This document shows, piece after piece, positions 36,290 through 45,019 of a DNA stretch of 54,023 bases. The notes beneath the pieces were generated by a model. It saw only the letters and a program-made list of their open reading frames with translations, did not search any database and had not been told where the DNA came from. A program made the translations under genes and the position numbers. How positions within the stretch are numbered: position 1 is the first letter of the stretch; each line of letters starts with the position of its first letter. The stretch is taken from positions 1 to 54,023 of IMG/VR virus record IMGVR_UViG_3300035659_001009. The stretch is one strand, 5' to 3'. The stretch comes from a virus. Lineage: Duplodnaviria > Caudoviricetes.

Positions 36290-38683
36290 ATGTTTGATAT
36301 CATCTTCAAGGATCCACCTCAGGGTACGTTCATAGAGATATGGCAACCAGCGATCAGCCCCCCTCGCAGGTACATTCCAGCTTCAACGGAATTCATCGAT
36401 ACAGGTAACACAGAGATAGACACATACTTCGGTGTCGCCCTTCGTAAATCTCGAGGGTCCGAGAAGGCCGACGTCTACGGAACTAGAGTTCTCTGGGTCG
36501 ACGTCGACAATACAGAGTTCAACATCAACCAATGTACCTATCCACCAAGTATCATCGTGCACAGTGGTGGTGGATGGCATCTGTACTGGGCGCTCACTAC
36601 CTGGTGTGTTGACCAGGAGGTTATCGAAAATGCAAACAAAGCTCTTGCTGACGACGTTGGGGGTGATTCGTGTTTCAACGTCAATCGTTTTCTACGTGTT
36701 CCAGGTACAATCAATACGAAATATTCTGGTGTTCGGGCTCAGCTTCGCCAGCAACGCCAAGTGGCGTATGACATTTGCGACTTCAAGGTACTTGCAGCTC
36801 TCGATGGTAAGACGAGACATAAGGTTAGAACTGGAGACACCAGAGGTTATGGAGGTGATCGATCGCGCCGTGACTGGGCAATCATTACATCTCTTCTCAA
36901 TAGTGGAGCGTCAGAACGACTTATCCGAACGCTTTATACGTTTCAACCCTGCGGCGATAAGTATCGTGATCCCCATACTAACGCCGAAGACTATATTGTA
37001 CATACTTTGGAACGGGCTCACGCGAAGGGTGAGGCCAAGAAAACGTTCGGGATAACAGAAACCGATACAGGTTACTTCATAGAAACAGCCAAGGGTCGCC
37101 GTCCCCTATCGACATTCATCTTAGTGCCCACTCTACTCTTGCAGGGTGATACCGATGAAGACAAGAATGCAGAAGATGCAATAGTATGTGATGTCAAAGC
37201 AGAAGGTCATGTATGGATGGAAGTCAAGTTCCGTCGTAGTGCTTTCAACAGTCGTAGAGACATTGACAAGACGCTGAACGCGTTGGCGTGGGTTTGGCTT
37301 GGTAAGGACGATGACATCAGAGCGCTACTCCCGTACTTACTTCAACAACTCCAAGATAAGGGCCTACCCAAGACCCGAGCAACCACAGTCCTCGGTCGTC
37401 ACAAGGAGTACTATGTTGGGCCAACACAATGTATCTCCAAAGATACTTGTGTCGATGGTGTACAGGCTCCCTACGTGTATCTCGACCTCGGAAGGGAACA
37501 TCCTCGTACTCGGTATATCCCCGACGAGGGGGGTGTTGACTGGAAAACAATTCCGCAGATCAACGTCCCTGAAGTCATTTGGCCAATTATTGGTTGGTAC
37601 ATGGCCTGTCCGTACAAGACCCACTTCGAAGCCGAGAACCTTAGGTTCCCCATTCTGAACTTGTATGGAACCAAAGGCTCCGGGAAGACCGCGACCCTAC
37701 GCATAATGCAGCGCCTAATGGGGTACTGTGAACCGCGTACATGGGATTGCACCACGACACGCTTTTCGATGTTGGCGATACTAGGCTCGTCGAATACAAC
37801 TCCCGTCTCGTTCTCTGAATATAGAGCATCAATCCAACAGACGATATTGCGGTTCATCCTTATGGCATACGACTCTGGTCATGACGTTAGAGGTCGTGCC
37901 GACCAGACAACAACCGACTACCCACTCATTGCTCCATTCACAGTCGATGGTGAGGACCAGGTTGCAGACGCTGCAGCTATGGAAAGGATAATAGCAGTCC
38001 ACCCCTCTCCATCGACAATCGTAGAGGGGTCTGAACATTACCATCAGTTCCTTGCCTTGGAGTCTCAACCTCTTGAACAGTTCGCGCTTGGGTATATCCA
38101 ACATACACTGAAAACAGCACTTAGCCCTTATCTTATTCGGGCCCGAGAGTTAGTACTCAAAGCGTTTCCCATGCCGCTACCGACTCGTGTCAGGAACAAC
38201 ATGATTGTGATCACCGTCGGCGTCCTTTCATTTTGCGAACATACAAACGTATTGGTACCTGACATGGGGGTGTGCCTTGACCACGCTCTAAGGAGCGTCT
38301 GGACGCCGGAGATGGGTCGCGGCAAAGTGGCAGCAGATGAGTTCATCGAGGCTGTCGTGAACAATGCGGCACGGAGGAGGACTGACTTCTTCTGGAAAAT
38401 GGAAGGTTCGGGGATACTTCGTTTCCAACTGGCTACGGCGTACTTCTGGTGGCAAAGGAATCGTAGGCTTGCTGGTGCCCCCGTACTCGACCGAGAAGCA
38501 ATCAAGCAACAGCTGTATGAACGAGACGTCGCCACAGGGAACAAGGGCCAGTACATAGTCAAGCCCACGAATGTAGATGGTATGTGGGCCTTCGGGATTG
38601 ACCTGACTAAAGCGGCCGAGTCGGGTCTTGACATCTCCACCAACATTCTCCGGGCCAATGTCGAGACATTCGAGGTGACATAA
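36290..38683 (+). CDS. RepB-type primase fused to P-loop helicase
   Basis: WVDVD, SGGGWHLYW, LRVPGT.N, DRSRRD; GTKGSGKT. Confidence 0.85.
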   Translation: MFDIIFKDPPQGTFIEIWQPAISPPRRYIPASTEFIDTGNTEIDTYFGVALRKSRGSEKADVYGTRVLWVDVDNTEFNINQCTYPPSIIVHSGGGWHLYWALTTWCVDQEVIENANKALADDVGGDSCFNVNRFLRVPGTINTKYSGVRAQLRQQRQVAYDICDFKVLAALDGKTRHKVRTGDTRGYGGDRSRRDWAIITSLLNSGASERLIRTLYTFQPCGDKYRDPHTNAEDYIVHTLERAHAKGEAKKTFGITETDTGYFIETAKGRRPLSTFILVPTLLLQGDTDEDKNAEDAIVCDVKAEGHVWMEVKFRRSAFNSRRDIDKTLNALAWVWLGKDDDIRALLPYLLQQLQDKGLPKTRATTVLGRHKEYYVGPTQCISKDTCVDGVQAPYVYLDLGREHPRTRYIPDEGGVDWKTIPQINVPEVIWPIIGWYMACPYKTHFEAENLRFPILNLYGTKGSGKTATLRIMQRLMGYCEPRTWDCTTTRFSMLAILGSSNTTPVSFSEYRASIQQTILRFILMAYDSGHDVRGRADQTTTDYPLIAPFTVDGEDQVADAAAMERIIAVHPSPSTIVEGSEHYHQFLALESQPLEQFALGYIQHTLKTALSPYLIRARELVLKAFPMPLPTRVRNNMIVITVGVLSFCEHTNVLVPDMGVCLDHALRSVWTPEMGRGKVAADEFIEAVVNNAARRRTDFFWKMEGSGILRFQLATAYFWWQRNRRLAGAPVLDREAIKQQLYERDVATGNKGQYIVKPTNVDGMWAFGIDLTKAAESGLDISTNILRANVETFEVT

Positions 38684-38802
38684 TGGCTGACACACTAGCA
38701 GAAAAGGCAAAGAGACAAGAAGCACAAAGGCTCGCGAAGCTAAAGGCTGAGCTCGCGAAGATGAGGAAAGAGAAGCGACCCAAACCTAAACAAGGAGGTT
38801 GA
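38683..38802 (+). CDS. 39-aa basic coiled-coil peptide
   Basis: TAATG coupling; MADTLAEKAKRQEAQRLAKLK. Confidence 0.45.
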   Translation: MADTLAEKAKRQEAQRLAKLKAELAKMRKEKRPKPKQGG

Positions 38803-38803
38803 A

Positions 38804-38998
38804 ATGGATGTCAGAGATCGCTACATTCTGAGGAGTTGGTGGAAGAAACTAGAGGAACTGGGTTCCGCCGCTACTGAGTTGGAATCCCCATATCAGGCAG
38901 AAAAAGCAAACGTACGGGCAGAGGTCGTCGTAGACGGTGAGACGAGGATCTACCAACTCAATCGTGGTACTCTTCAATTCAACAAAGTACGGAAGTAG
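38804..38998 (+). CDS. hypothetical protein
   Basis: AAGGAGGT RBS. Confidence 0.6.
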   Translation: MDVRDRYILRSWWKKLEELGSAATELESPYQAEKANVRAEVVVDGETRIYQLNRGTLQFNKVRK

Positions 38999-39043
38999 CC
39001 ACGCCAACGGCTTGTTGGCCATTCGGTTCGAAAGGGTGCAAAA

Positions 39044-39814
39044 ATGTCGAAAGCAATGGTTCTATTATCGGGTGGGATCGACTCAGCGACGACCCTCGCT
39101 ATGGCGCTGAGGGCCTGTGACGAGGCTGAGGCCGCGTCGTTCTACTATGGGTCGAAGCACAACAACGTGGAGTCAGACGCAGCTCTGGCTGTCGCAAAGT
39201 ATTATAAGATCAAGAGGCACTACATCGTGTTACCGGACATCTTCGGTGGTGCGGGGAGTGCTTTGATGGGCGAAGTCGAAATGCCTGTCTTGACTTACAA
39301 GGAGATTGACGAGGGCGTTGGCCCCTCGCCGACCGTCGTGCCGTTTCGCAACGCCAACATGCTCTCCATGGCAACAACGCTTGCGATTACCAACAAGTGC
39401 GACTTCGTCTACGCTGGCATGCATGCAGAAGACGCACACCACTGGGCTTACCCAGATTGTAGCCCGGAATTCATCGGTGCGATGGCCAACGCCATCTATG
39501 TGGGCAGCTACCACGAAGTTCGCCTCATAACTCCCATTGAATGGATGATGAAGGCTGATGTTGTGTACTCCGCACTCCACTTGAAGGTGCCGCTAGGTTT
39601 GACCTGGTCGTGTTACGATCCCAAATTACAGACCGAACCCAGTACAATCAAAGGATACCTACCAGTGGCATGTGGCAAATGTCCGACTTGCGTGGAACGA
39701 ATCAACGCCTTCAAGGTGAATGAACTGATCGACCCAATCGTGTACGACATCCCAATCGAGTGGCCAGACTGGTTTTGTCGCTACCCACGGTTTCCAGGTA
39801 GCGAGGAGGTTTGA
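39044..39814 (+). CDS. queC: 7-cyano-7-deazaguanine synthase
   Basis: LLSGGIDS, VPFRN, YPDC, TWSCY, CGKCPTC. Confidence 0.96.
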   Translation: MSKAMVLLSGGIDSATTLAMALRACDEAEAASFYYGSKHNNVESDAALAVAKYYKIKRHYIVLPDIFGGAGSALMGEVEMPVLTYKEIDEGVGPSPTVVPFRNANMLSMATTLAITNKCDFVYAGMHAEDAHHWAYPDCSPEFIGAMANAIYVGSYHEVRLITPIEWMMKADVVYSALHLKVPLGLTWSCYDPKLQTEPSTIKGYLPVACGKCPTCVERINAFKVNELIDPIVYDIPIEWPDWFCRYPRFPGSEEV

Positions 39815-39815
39815 C

Positions 39816-40265
39816 ATGCCATACATGCGAATAGGTAAATCGTATACTTTCGATGCTGCACATCAGCTCGAAGGGCACATGGGCAAGTGTCGTAACTTGC
39901 ATGGTCACACCTACACCGTCGAGGTCTGGCTTAAAGGAAGCGTTTACAAAGTGCCTGGGGCCACCGATGATGGAATGGTGATGGACTACGGCGAGCTCGA
40001 TTCGTTTGTGAAACCGATCATCGATGCCATGGACCACTCCTTCCTCACCAACGACTACGAGTCCACGTACTTAGCGTTGATCCTCCAGGGAACAGAACTC
40101 AAGTATTTCCACTTGGGCGCGCGAACCACGGCCGAGAACATTGCGACCTACATTGGAGATGCATTAGTCAAGGCTATGCCATCCAACATCAAAACGCTAG
40201 GCGTGCGCGTCTCGGAGACCCCAAAGTCGTTTGCTGAGTACGTCGTGAGGGTAGACCAATGTTGA
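39816..40265 (+). CDS. queD: 6-carboxytetrahydropterin synthase
   Basis: FDAAH, CRNLHGHTY, DH, TAENIA, ETPKS. Confidence 0.96.
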   Translation: MPYMRIGKSYTFDAAHQLEGHMGKCRNLHGHTYTVEVWLKGSVYKVPGATDDGMVMDYGELDSFVKPIIDAMDHSFLTNDYESTYLALILQGTELKYFHLGARTTAENIATYIGDALVKAMPSNIKTLGVRVSETPKSFAEYVVRVDQC

Positions 40266-40327
40266 TCTGGATTGGCGTTGTTATATTTGTCATTGTACTC
40301 TTTGCAGTGATCTCGGCAGGAGGCTAA
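40259..40327 (+). CDS. 22-aa single-TM peptide
   Basis: MLIWIGVVIFVIVLFAVISAGG; fills gap to next RBS. Confidence 0.35.
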   Translation: MLIWIGVVIFVIVLFAVISAGG

Positions 40328-40328
40328 C

Positions 40329-40586
40329 ATGAAGGTCACACTTCGATTTAGTAATGGCAACCACGCTTCGACTCTCGATGTCGACTGCATTGAAGTAATC
40401 CCAGAACCCAATACCAACATCGAGATTCACAACGGGTTCTTTGCTAACCGACTCATAGATGTTACCTTTCCTCGAGGTCAAGGGGTCGTCATCGAGTATG
40501 CACAACTGATAGGCCCCGAGGCAGCGAGAATCACGGTACACGCGATGAACGAGGAGGCTAAGCATGAACACATATCCGATCAATGA
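40329..40586 (+). CDS. hypothetical protein within que cluster
   Basis: AGGAGG RBS. Confidence 0.6.
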   Translation: MKVTLRFSNGNHASTLDVDCIEVIPEPNTNIEIHNGFFANRLIDVTFPRGQGVVIEYAQLIGPEAARITVHAMNEEAKHEHISDQ

Positions 40587-41319
40587 GGTGTTTGGCCCAA
40601 CGTTGCAAGGCGAGGGTGTGTTCGTTGGTCAGATCGTGAAGTTTGTACGATTTACTGGTTGCAACTTTAGCTGCGATTGGTGTGACACCAAGTACGCAGT
40701 CGACCCAAAGTACCCGGGATGGAGCGTAATCCATATGACAGTCGGCGAGATCGTCGAATCGCTCAGGGTACTCCCCGGCGAAGCAGGCTGGGTTGTACTC
40801 TCGGGAGGGAACCCCTCACTATTCCTCGACGACGAGTTGGTGATGGCCTTACACCAAGCGGGCTACAAGATATCGATGGAGACACAGTGGATTCCCAAGT
40901 ACACCAACGCCGTCATCGCTATCGACCACTTGGTCTATTCACCAAAGCCTCCCAGTAGCGGAATGAGATCGATGTACGACAGAGAACAATGGGATATCAT
41001 CGCACAGGTCGTCGTCGATCGCTGTATCAAGAGGGGTAAGGGCTCAACATCGATAAAGACTGTCATCTTCACTCGCGACGATCTTGGGTTCGCGAAGATG
41101 GCTGAGGAGGAGATCACAGTCCGTGTACCCATGGATGACGGCTGGATTCCATTGGTTCTCTCCGTAGGCACACCCCTACAATCAGACAACATTGTCACCG
41201 ACATTGTTGCGTCAACCCTCAAGATTCTCGACATGGTCAAGGCGGATCCGTACTTCAAGAACCATAGGATCGTGCCCCAGTTACATGCAATGCTCTGGGG
41301 CCGAAGAAGAGGAGTATAG
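40564..41319 (+). CDS. queE: 7-carboxy-7-deazaguanine synthase (radical SAM)
   Basis: EVFGPTLQGEG, CNFSCDWCDT, SGGNP, SPK, PQLH. Confidence 0.95.
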   Translation: MNTYPINEVFGPTLQGEGVFVGQIVKFVRFTGCNFSCDWCDTKYAVDPKYPGWSVIHMTVGEIVESLRVLPGEAGWVVLSGGNPSLFLDDELVMALHQAGYKISMETQWIPKYTNAVIAIDHLVYSPKPPSSGMRSMYDREQWDIIAQVVVDRCIKRGKGSTSIKTVIFTRDDLGFAKMAEEEITVRVPMDDGWIPLVLSVGTPLQSDNIVTDIVASTLKILDMVKADPYFKNHRIVPQLHAMLWGRRRGV

Positions 41320-41423
41320 TGGATTACTTACTCTATGGATTGTGTGTTATAATCTCGGTAGAGTTCGCCATACTCAACTGGCTTGCTGACAAAGTAACGA
41401 AGCTGTTCAGAAGGCGGCGATGA
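41319..41423 (+). CDS. 34-aa single-TM peptide
   Basis: AGGAG RBS, GTG start; hydrophobic stretch then KLFRRRR. Confidence 0.4.
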   Translation: MDYLLYGLCVIISVEFAILNWLADKVTKLFRRRR

Positions 41424-41593
41424 ACCTCGGGGCCTACACGACGATGGGTGGACTCGTCGGACTGACCCTCATAGTTATGTTACTCGTCATTGCAGCCGAG
41501 GGGGTGGTTAGCCAGACCATCGACTGGTTAACAGTACAATATAGGAGATGGAAACATGACAAAAAGAAAGCCCAACACCGCCACGAAAAGTGA
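41420..41593 (+). CDS. 57-aa single-TM peptide
   Basis: ATGA coupling; LVGLTLIVMLLVIAA, basic tail. Confidence 0.4.
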   Translation: MNLGAYTTMGGLVGLTLIVMLLVIAAEGVVSQTIDWLTVQYRRWKHDKKKAQHRHEK

Positions 41594-42134
41594 CCAGGAT
41601 CTTATGGTGACCATCCTGAACCACATGTTCCCAGAGTTCAGGTGGGATGACTCAGTAGAGCGTACGGCGGAGAGATTCCTCGCGTACCTCGAAGAGTACT
41701 CGATGGCGGCAACGTTCGAGCCACCTTTCCAAGCCACAGTATTCCCTACCAAAGTGAACCAGATGATTGCTGCTGGTCCAATATCCTTCAGTTCCATATG
41801 TAAACACCATCTATTGCCCTACGTGGGCTATGCATGGACAGCATACCTCCCCAACAAGCTCATGATTGGTGCAAGCAAGATGCCCCGCATCGTTCAATGG
41901 TGCGCGACAAAGCCCACGACACAGGAAGAGCTCACCGCCGAGATCGCAACGTACCTAAAGAACAAACTCGAAGCCCAGGGTGTTGCTGTCATCATGGTGG
42001 CCAAGCATACCTGTATGTCGTGTCGTGGAGTTCGTGAACGCGAGGCCAATCTCGTTACGTCCGAGATGCGGGGGGCCTTCCTAAGCAATGCAGCCGCCAA
42101 GGCCGAGTTCATGCACTTCGTGAGGCTGCCATGA
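41556..42134 (+). CDS. folE: GTP cyclohydrolase I
   Basis: SICKHHLLPY, GASKMPR, QEELT, HTCMSCRGV. Confidence 0.95.
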   Translation: MTKRKPNTATKSDQDLMVTILNHMFPEFRWDDSVERTAERFLAYLEEYSMAATFEPPFQATVFPTKVNQMIAAGPISFSSICKHHLLPYVGYAWTAYLPNKLMIGASKMPRIVQWCATKPTTQEELTAEIATYLKNKLEAQGVAVIMVAKHTCMSCRGVREREANLVTSEMRGAFLSNAAAKAEFMHFVRLP

Positions 42135-42364
42135 GCTGGTTTCTATCGGGATTGGCGACGGGAGTAGGACTGCTCTCAATGTGGTACTACGGAAAGAGAT
42201 CCATACTGGGACCTTGGATCAGCATACTCTCGTGCATCATCTGGTGTGTGTTCATTGGCTACACCCAACAGTACCCGTTGCTAATCTCGGTAGTACTCAA
42301 CCTCATCATAAGCCTTGTGAATTTGTGGAGGATGTCGAAGAATGGAAAAGGCCCCACACGCTAA
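42131..42364 (+). CDS. 3-TM half-PnuC-like membrane protein
   Basis: WYYGKRSILG...IIWCVF...QYPLL; paralogue of 29615-29839. Confidence 0.55.
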   Translation: MSWFLSGLATGVGLLSMWYYGKRSILGPWISILSCIIWCVFIGYTQQYPLLISVVLNLIISLVNLWRMSKNGKGPTR

Positions 42365-44684
42365 CTGTGATGCATGTCCTCTCCGACAGCAACCCATGGT
42401 TCCGACGGAGCTGCATGAGGGTGCTAAGTACTGGATTGTTGCCGAGTCGCCGTGGAAGACCGAAGTAGATCAAGGATTAGCCCTAGTAGGTCAGTCAGGA
42501 CAGTTCTTCTGGAAGACGTCAGGCCTGTCTCGTGAAGAATGCAACATCACGAACGCAGTATTATGTATGCCTCCAGCACTCGATGAAACTAAGAAAGAGA
42601 TTCTGGAAGCTGCGGCTTCGTGCTGCCGCCCTCGTCTCTTATCCGAGCTCACACCCCTACCTACTCTTATCACTGGTGAAGTTGCACGCGATGCTGTTCT
42701 AGGTCCTGAGGACAAGCACACCTCCAAGACAACAATCCATGGCCGCTGGGTTGGCAATGCACTGAGCACATATCATCCCAGTGCGGTTATGCGTGACCCC
42801 GATATTGCCCGAGATTATCTTACAGATTTGCGTAAGTTCAAAAAAGGCCCAAAATCGCCTTTATCTACACCAGGTTTTGAAGTAATAAAAGACTTAGGCA
42901 AATTACTAGGATTTTCTGAATATTCGTATGACCTAGAGACCGACCAGACGAACTTCATGTCTGATGACATTCTCTGCATGGCGGTTGCCGTCGAAACAGG
43001 AAAGGTCTTTATCGTCCCCGGAGCACACCCCCAGACTCCAGGTGACCTCCTCTACTCCACTAAAGACTCCGTGTTCTGGAAAACGTTCTGGTCTCAGCCA
43101 CAGGCACAATACATTGGACACAATGCCAAGTTCGATATGAAGTTCCTTCGCTACCAACTCGAACATGGCGCCGTGTGTACTTTTGATACGATGCTTGCAC
43201 ACAATGCACTGGACGATCGATCCGAAAAGGAAGAAGGATCCGCGACTCGGGCTCGGTCATATCATGACCTAAAGGGCCTAGCTGCTAAGCACCTCGATGT
43301 TCCTGACTACGAAGTCGGACTCCATCAGTATCTCAAGAGCCGGAACGATCAGTACTCTAAGATACCATGGGGTGTGCTCTGCCAGTACGTCGCATGGGAC
43401 GTCACGTGTACACTTGGCCTCAAGCACATATTTGAGGCCCAGCTTCGGGGAACACCTCCCGGTAAACTCTTCTACGAGACCCTTATGCCTATGGAGGAGA
43501 TGTACACCCAGGCTGAGATTGAGGGACTGCAGGTTGACAGAGAGTACCTCCAGAAGGAAGGTGACGAGTTCAATGTAGAGCTCGCCCAGATCGAGAACGA
43601 GTTCCTTGCTATGGCCTCTCCCCACGTTACGAACCTGAACTCTCCACCTCAGATGTCCCACTACTTCTACGACGTACTTGGGCTACCACATCCTGAGGGT
43701 CGAAAGGTAAAACCTAACTCGACGAATAAGGACGCTCTGATGCAACTAAAGGGCAAGCATCCTGCGGTCAGCCTCCTGTCAAGGCATCGTAAGATCGAGA
43801 AGATGAGGGCGTCATATGCTGACAACCTTCTCGAGGTACTCGACTACTACGACTTGGCGCACTACGACACCAAGATTGGTGGAACGGAAGTGGGTAGGAT
43901 CTCGGTTAGAAACCCTGCGATCCAGACCGTTCCCCGTTCGGGTGAACCCTATGGCAAGTTAGTCAAAGATGCGTATATTGCCCGGAAGGGGTGTGTCCTC
44001 CTTGCTGCAGACGTCTCCCAGGCTGAACTAAGAGTTGCAGCGGCCTACTGTGGAGATCCGTTCCTCATTGGTGTATATCGGGATGGTAGGGACCTTCATA
44101 CTGAAGTTGCCATCGCAATGTATGGTCTGAAGTATACCAAGGAACAGCGAGTCCTGTGCAAGATGTTCAACTTCTCGTGGGTGTACGGTGGCAACGAGTT
44201 TAGCTTTGCGCAGGATGCTGGCTTACCTATTGACGTTGCTAGAAACTTCGTTGCTAAGTATAACAAGCTTATGCCCGTTCTCGTCGCGTTCAAAGGAGAG
44301 TGCTTCGATACAATGAAGAAGAAGGGGTATGTCGAGTCGAGGTTTGGTAGGCGCCGCCGAATCCCTTACATCAACGACGTAAACATCAAAGATGCAAGGA
44401 AAGCGGCTCTGCACGCGTTGGTGGCAGGCTCTGCCTCTGATATGGTTGAGCATGCAGCGCTAGACATTAGACCCGTGATTGCTGATGTGTGTCATGGCAA
44501 CTTTAGAATGTCCGTCCACGATTCAATCATATTTGAGGTACCAGAGCAGTATAAGGACGAAGCTGCTAGACTGGCTGTGGGGGCTCTACTCGATGCGGGA
44601 GGTAAGTACTTCCCTGAAGTAGTGTGGAAGGCAGATGCGGAGGTTGGTTATAGATGGGGTACAATGGAAAAGATGCACGTATAA
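42342..44684 (+). CDS. polA: family A DNA polymerase with N-terminal family-4 UDG-like domain
   Basis: CDACPL/AESP/TNAVLC/YHPSA (UDG); DLETD, HNAKFD (exo); DVSQAELR, KMFNF..YG, VHDS (pol). Confidence 0.93.
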   Translation: MEKAPHANCDACPLRQQPMVPTELHEGAKYWIVAESPWKTEVDQGLALVGQSGQFFWKTSGLSREECNITNAVLCMPPALDETKKEILEAAASCCRPRLLSELTPLPTLITGEVARDAVLGPEDKHTSKTTIHGRWVGNALSTYHPSAVMRDPDIARDYLTDLRKFKKGPKSPLSTPGFEVIKDLGKLLGFSEYSYDLETDQTNFMSDDILCMAVAVETGKVFIVPGAHPQTPGDLLYSTKDSVFWKTFWSQPQAQYIGHNAKFDMKFLRYQLEHGAVCTFDTMLAHNALDDRSEKEEGSATRARSYHDLKGLAAKHLDVPDYEVGLHQYLKSRNDQYSKIPWGVLCQYVAWDVTCTLGLKHIFEAQLRGTPPGKLFYETLMPMEEMYTQAEIEGLQVDREYLQKEGDEFNVELAQIENEFLAMASPHVTNLNSPPQMSHYFYDVLGLPHPEGRKVKPNSTNKDALMQLKGKHPAVSLLSRHRKIEKMRASYADNLLEVLDYYDLAHYDTKIGGTEVGRISVRNPAIQTVPRSGEPYGKLVKDAYIARKGCVLLAADVSQAELRVAAAYCGDPFLIGVYRDGRDLHTEVAIAMYGLKYTKEQRVLCKMFNFSWVYGGNEFSFAQDAGLPIDVARNFVAKYNKLMPVLVAFKGECFDTMKKKGYVESRFGRRRRIPYINDVNIKDARKAALHALVAGSASDMVEHAALDIRPVIADVCHGNFRMSVHDSIIFEVPEQYKDEAARLAVGALLDAGGKYFPEVVWKADAEVGYRWGTMEKMHV

Positions 44685-45019
44685 CCGAACTACTCAGTAG
44701 GACACACTTCTATGTTGATCCTAGGGGATATATATGTGTCCATCTGTACACCTCATCACAAATGGATGCAGACTGTTTTGCTAGGACCTTCGATGGCAAT
44801 GTGAGTAGGCACAAAGAAATCTTCGATGTGTCACTCTACCACAGATCGAAGATTGAGAAGCTCTGTTTGAGAGTCGTAGATTCTCAGGGGCTAGAACCTG
44901 AGTTTGTTGCCATCGCGAAGCTCGTTCTCCTTTACTGCAGAGAAACGGATCCCACTAAAAGGATTGTTATATCAGTAGTAATCAAAGCTGCCCTAGCACC
45001 TGTGGGATCTGTGTCATAA
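44654..45019 (+). CDS. hypothetical protein, possible degenerate LAGLIDADG-like fold
   Basis: Short alpha/beta ORF after polA; no intact LAGLIDADG motif seen. Confidence 0.35.
   Translation: MGYNGKDARITELLSRTHFYVDPRGYICVHLYTSSQMDADCFARTFDGNVSRHKEIFDVSLYHRSKIEKLCLRVVDSQGLEPEFVAIAKLVLLYCRETDPTKRIVISVVIKAALAPVGSVS

Noticed and set aside
41346-41354. Extended -10 promoter TGTTATAAT upstream of folE
   Set aside because: Lies inside a plausible coupled 34-aa TM ORF and has no clear -35; left uncalled
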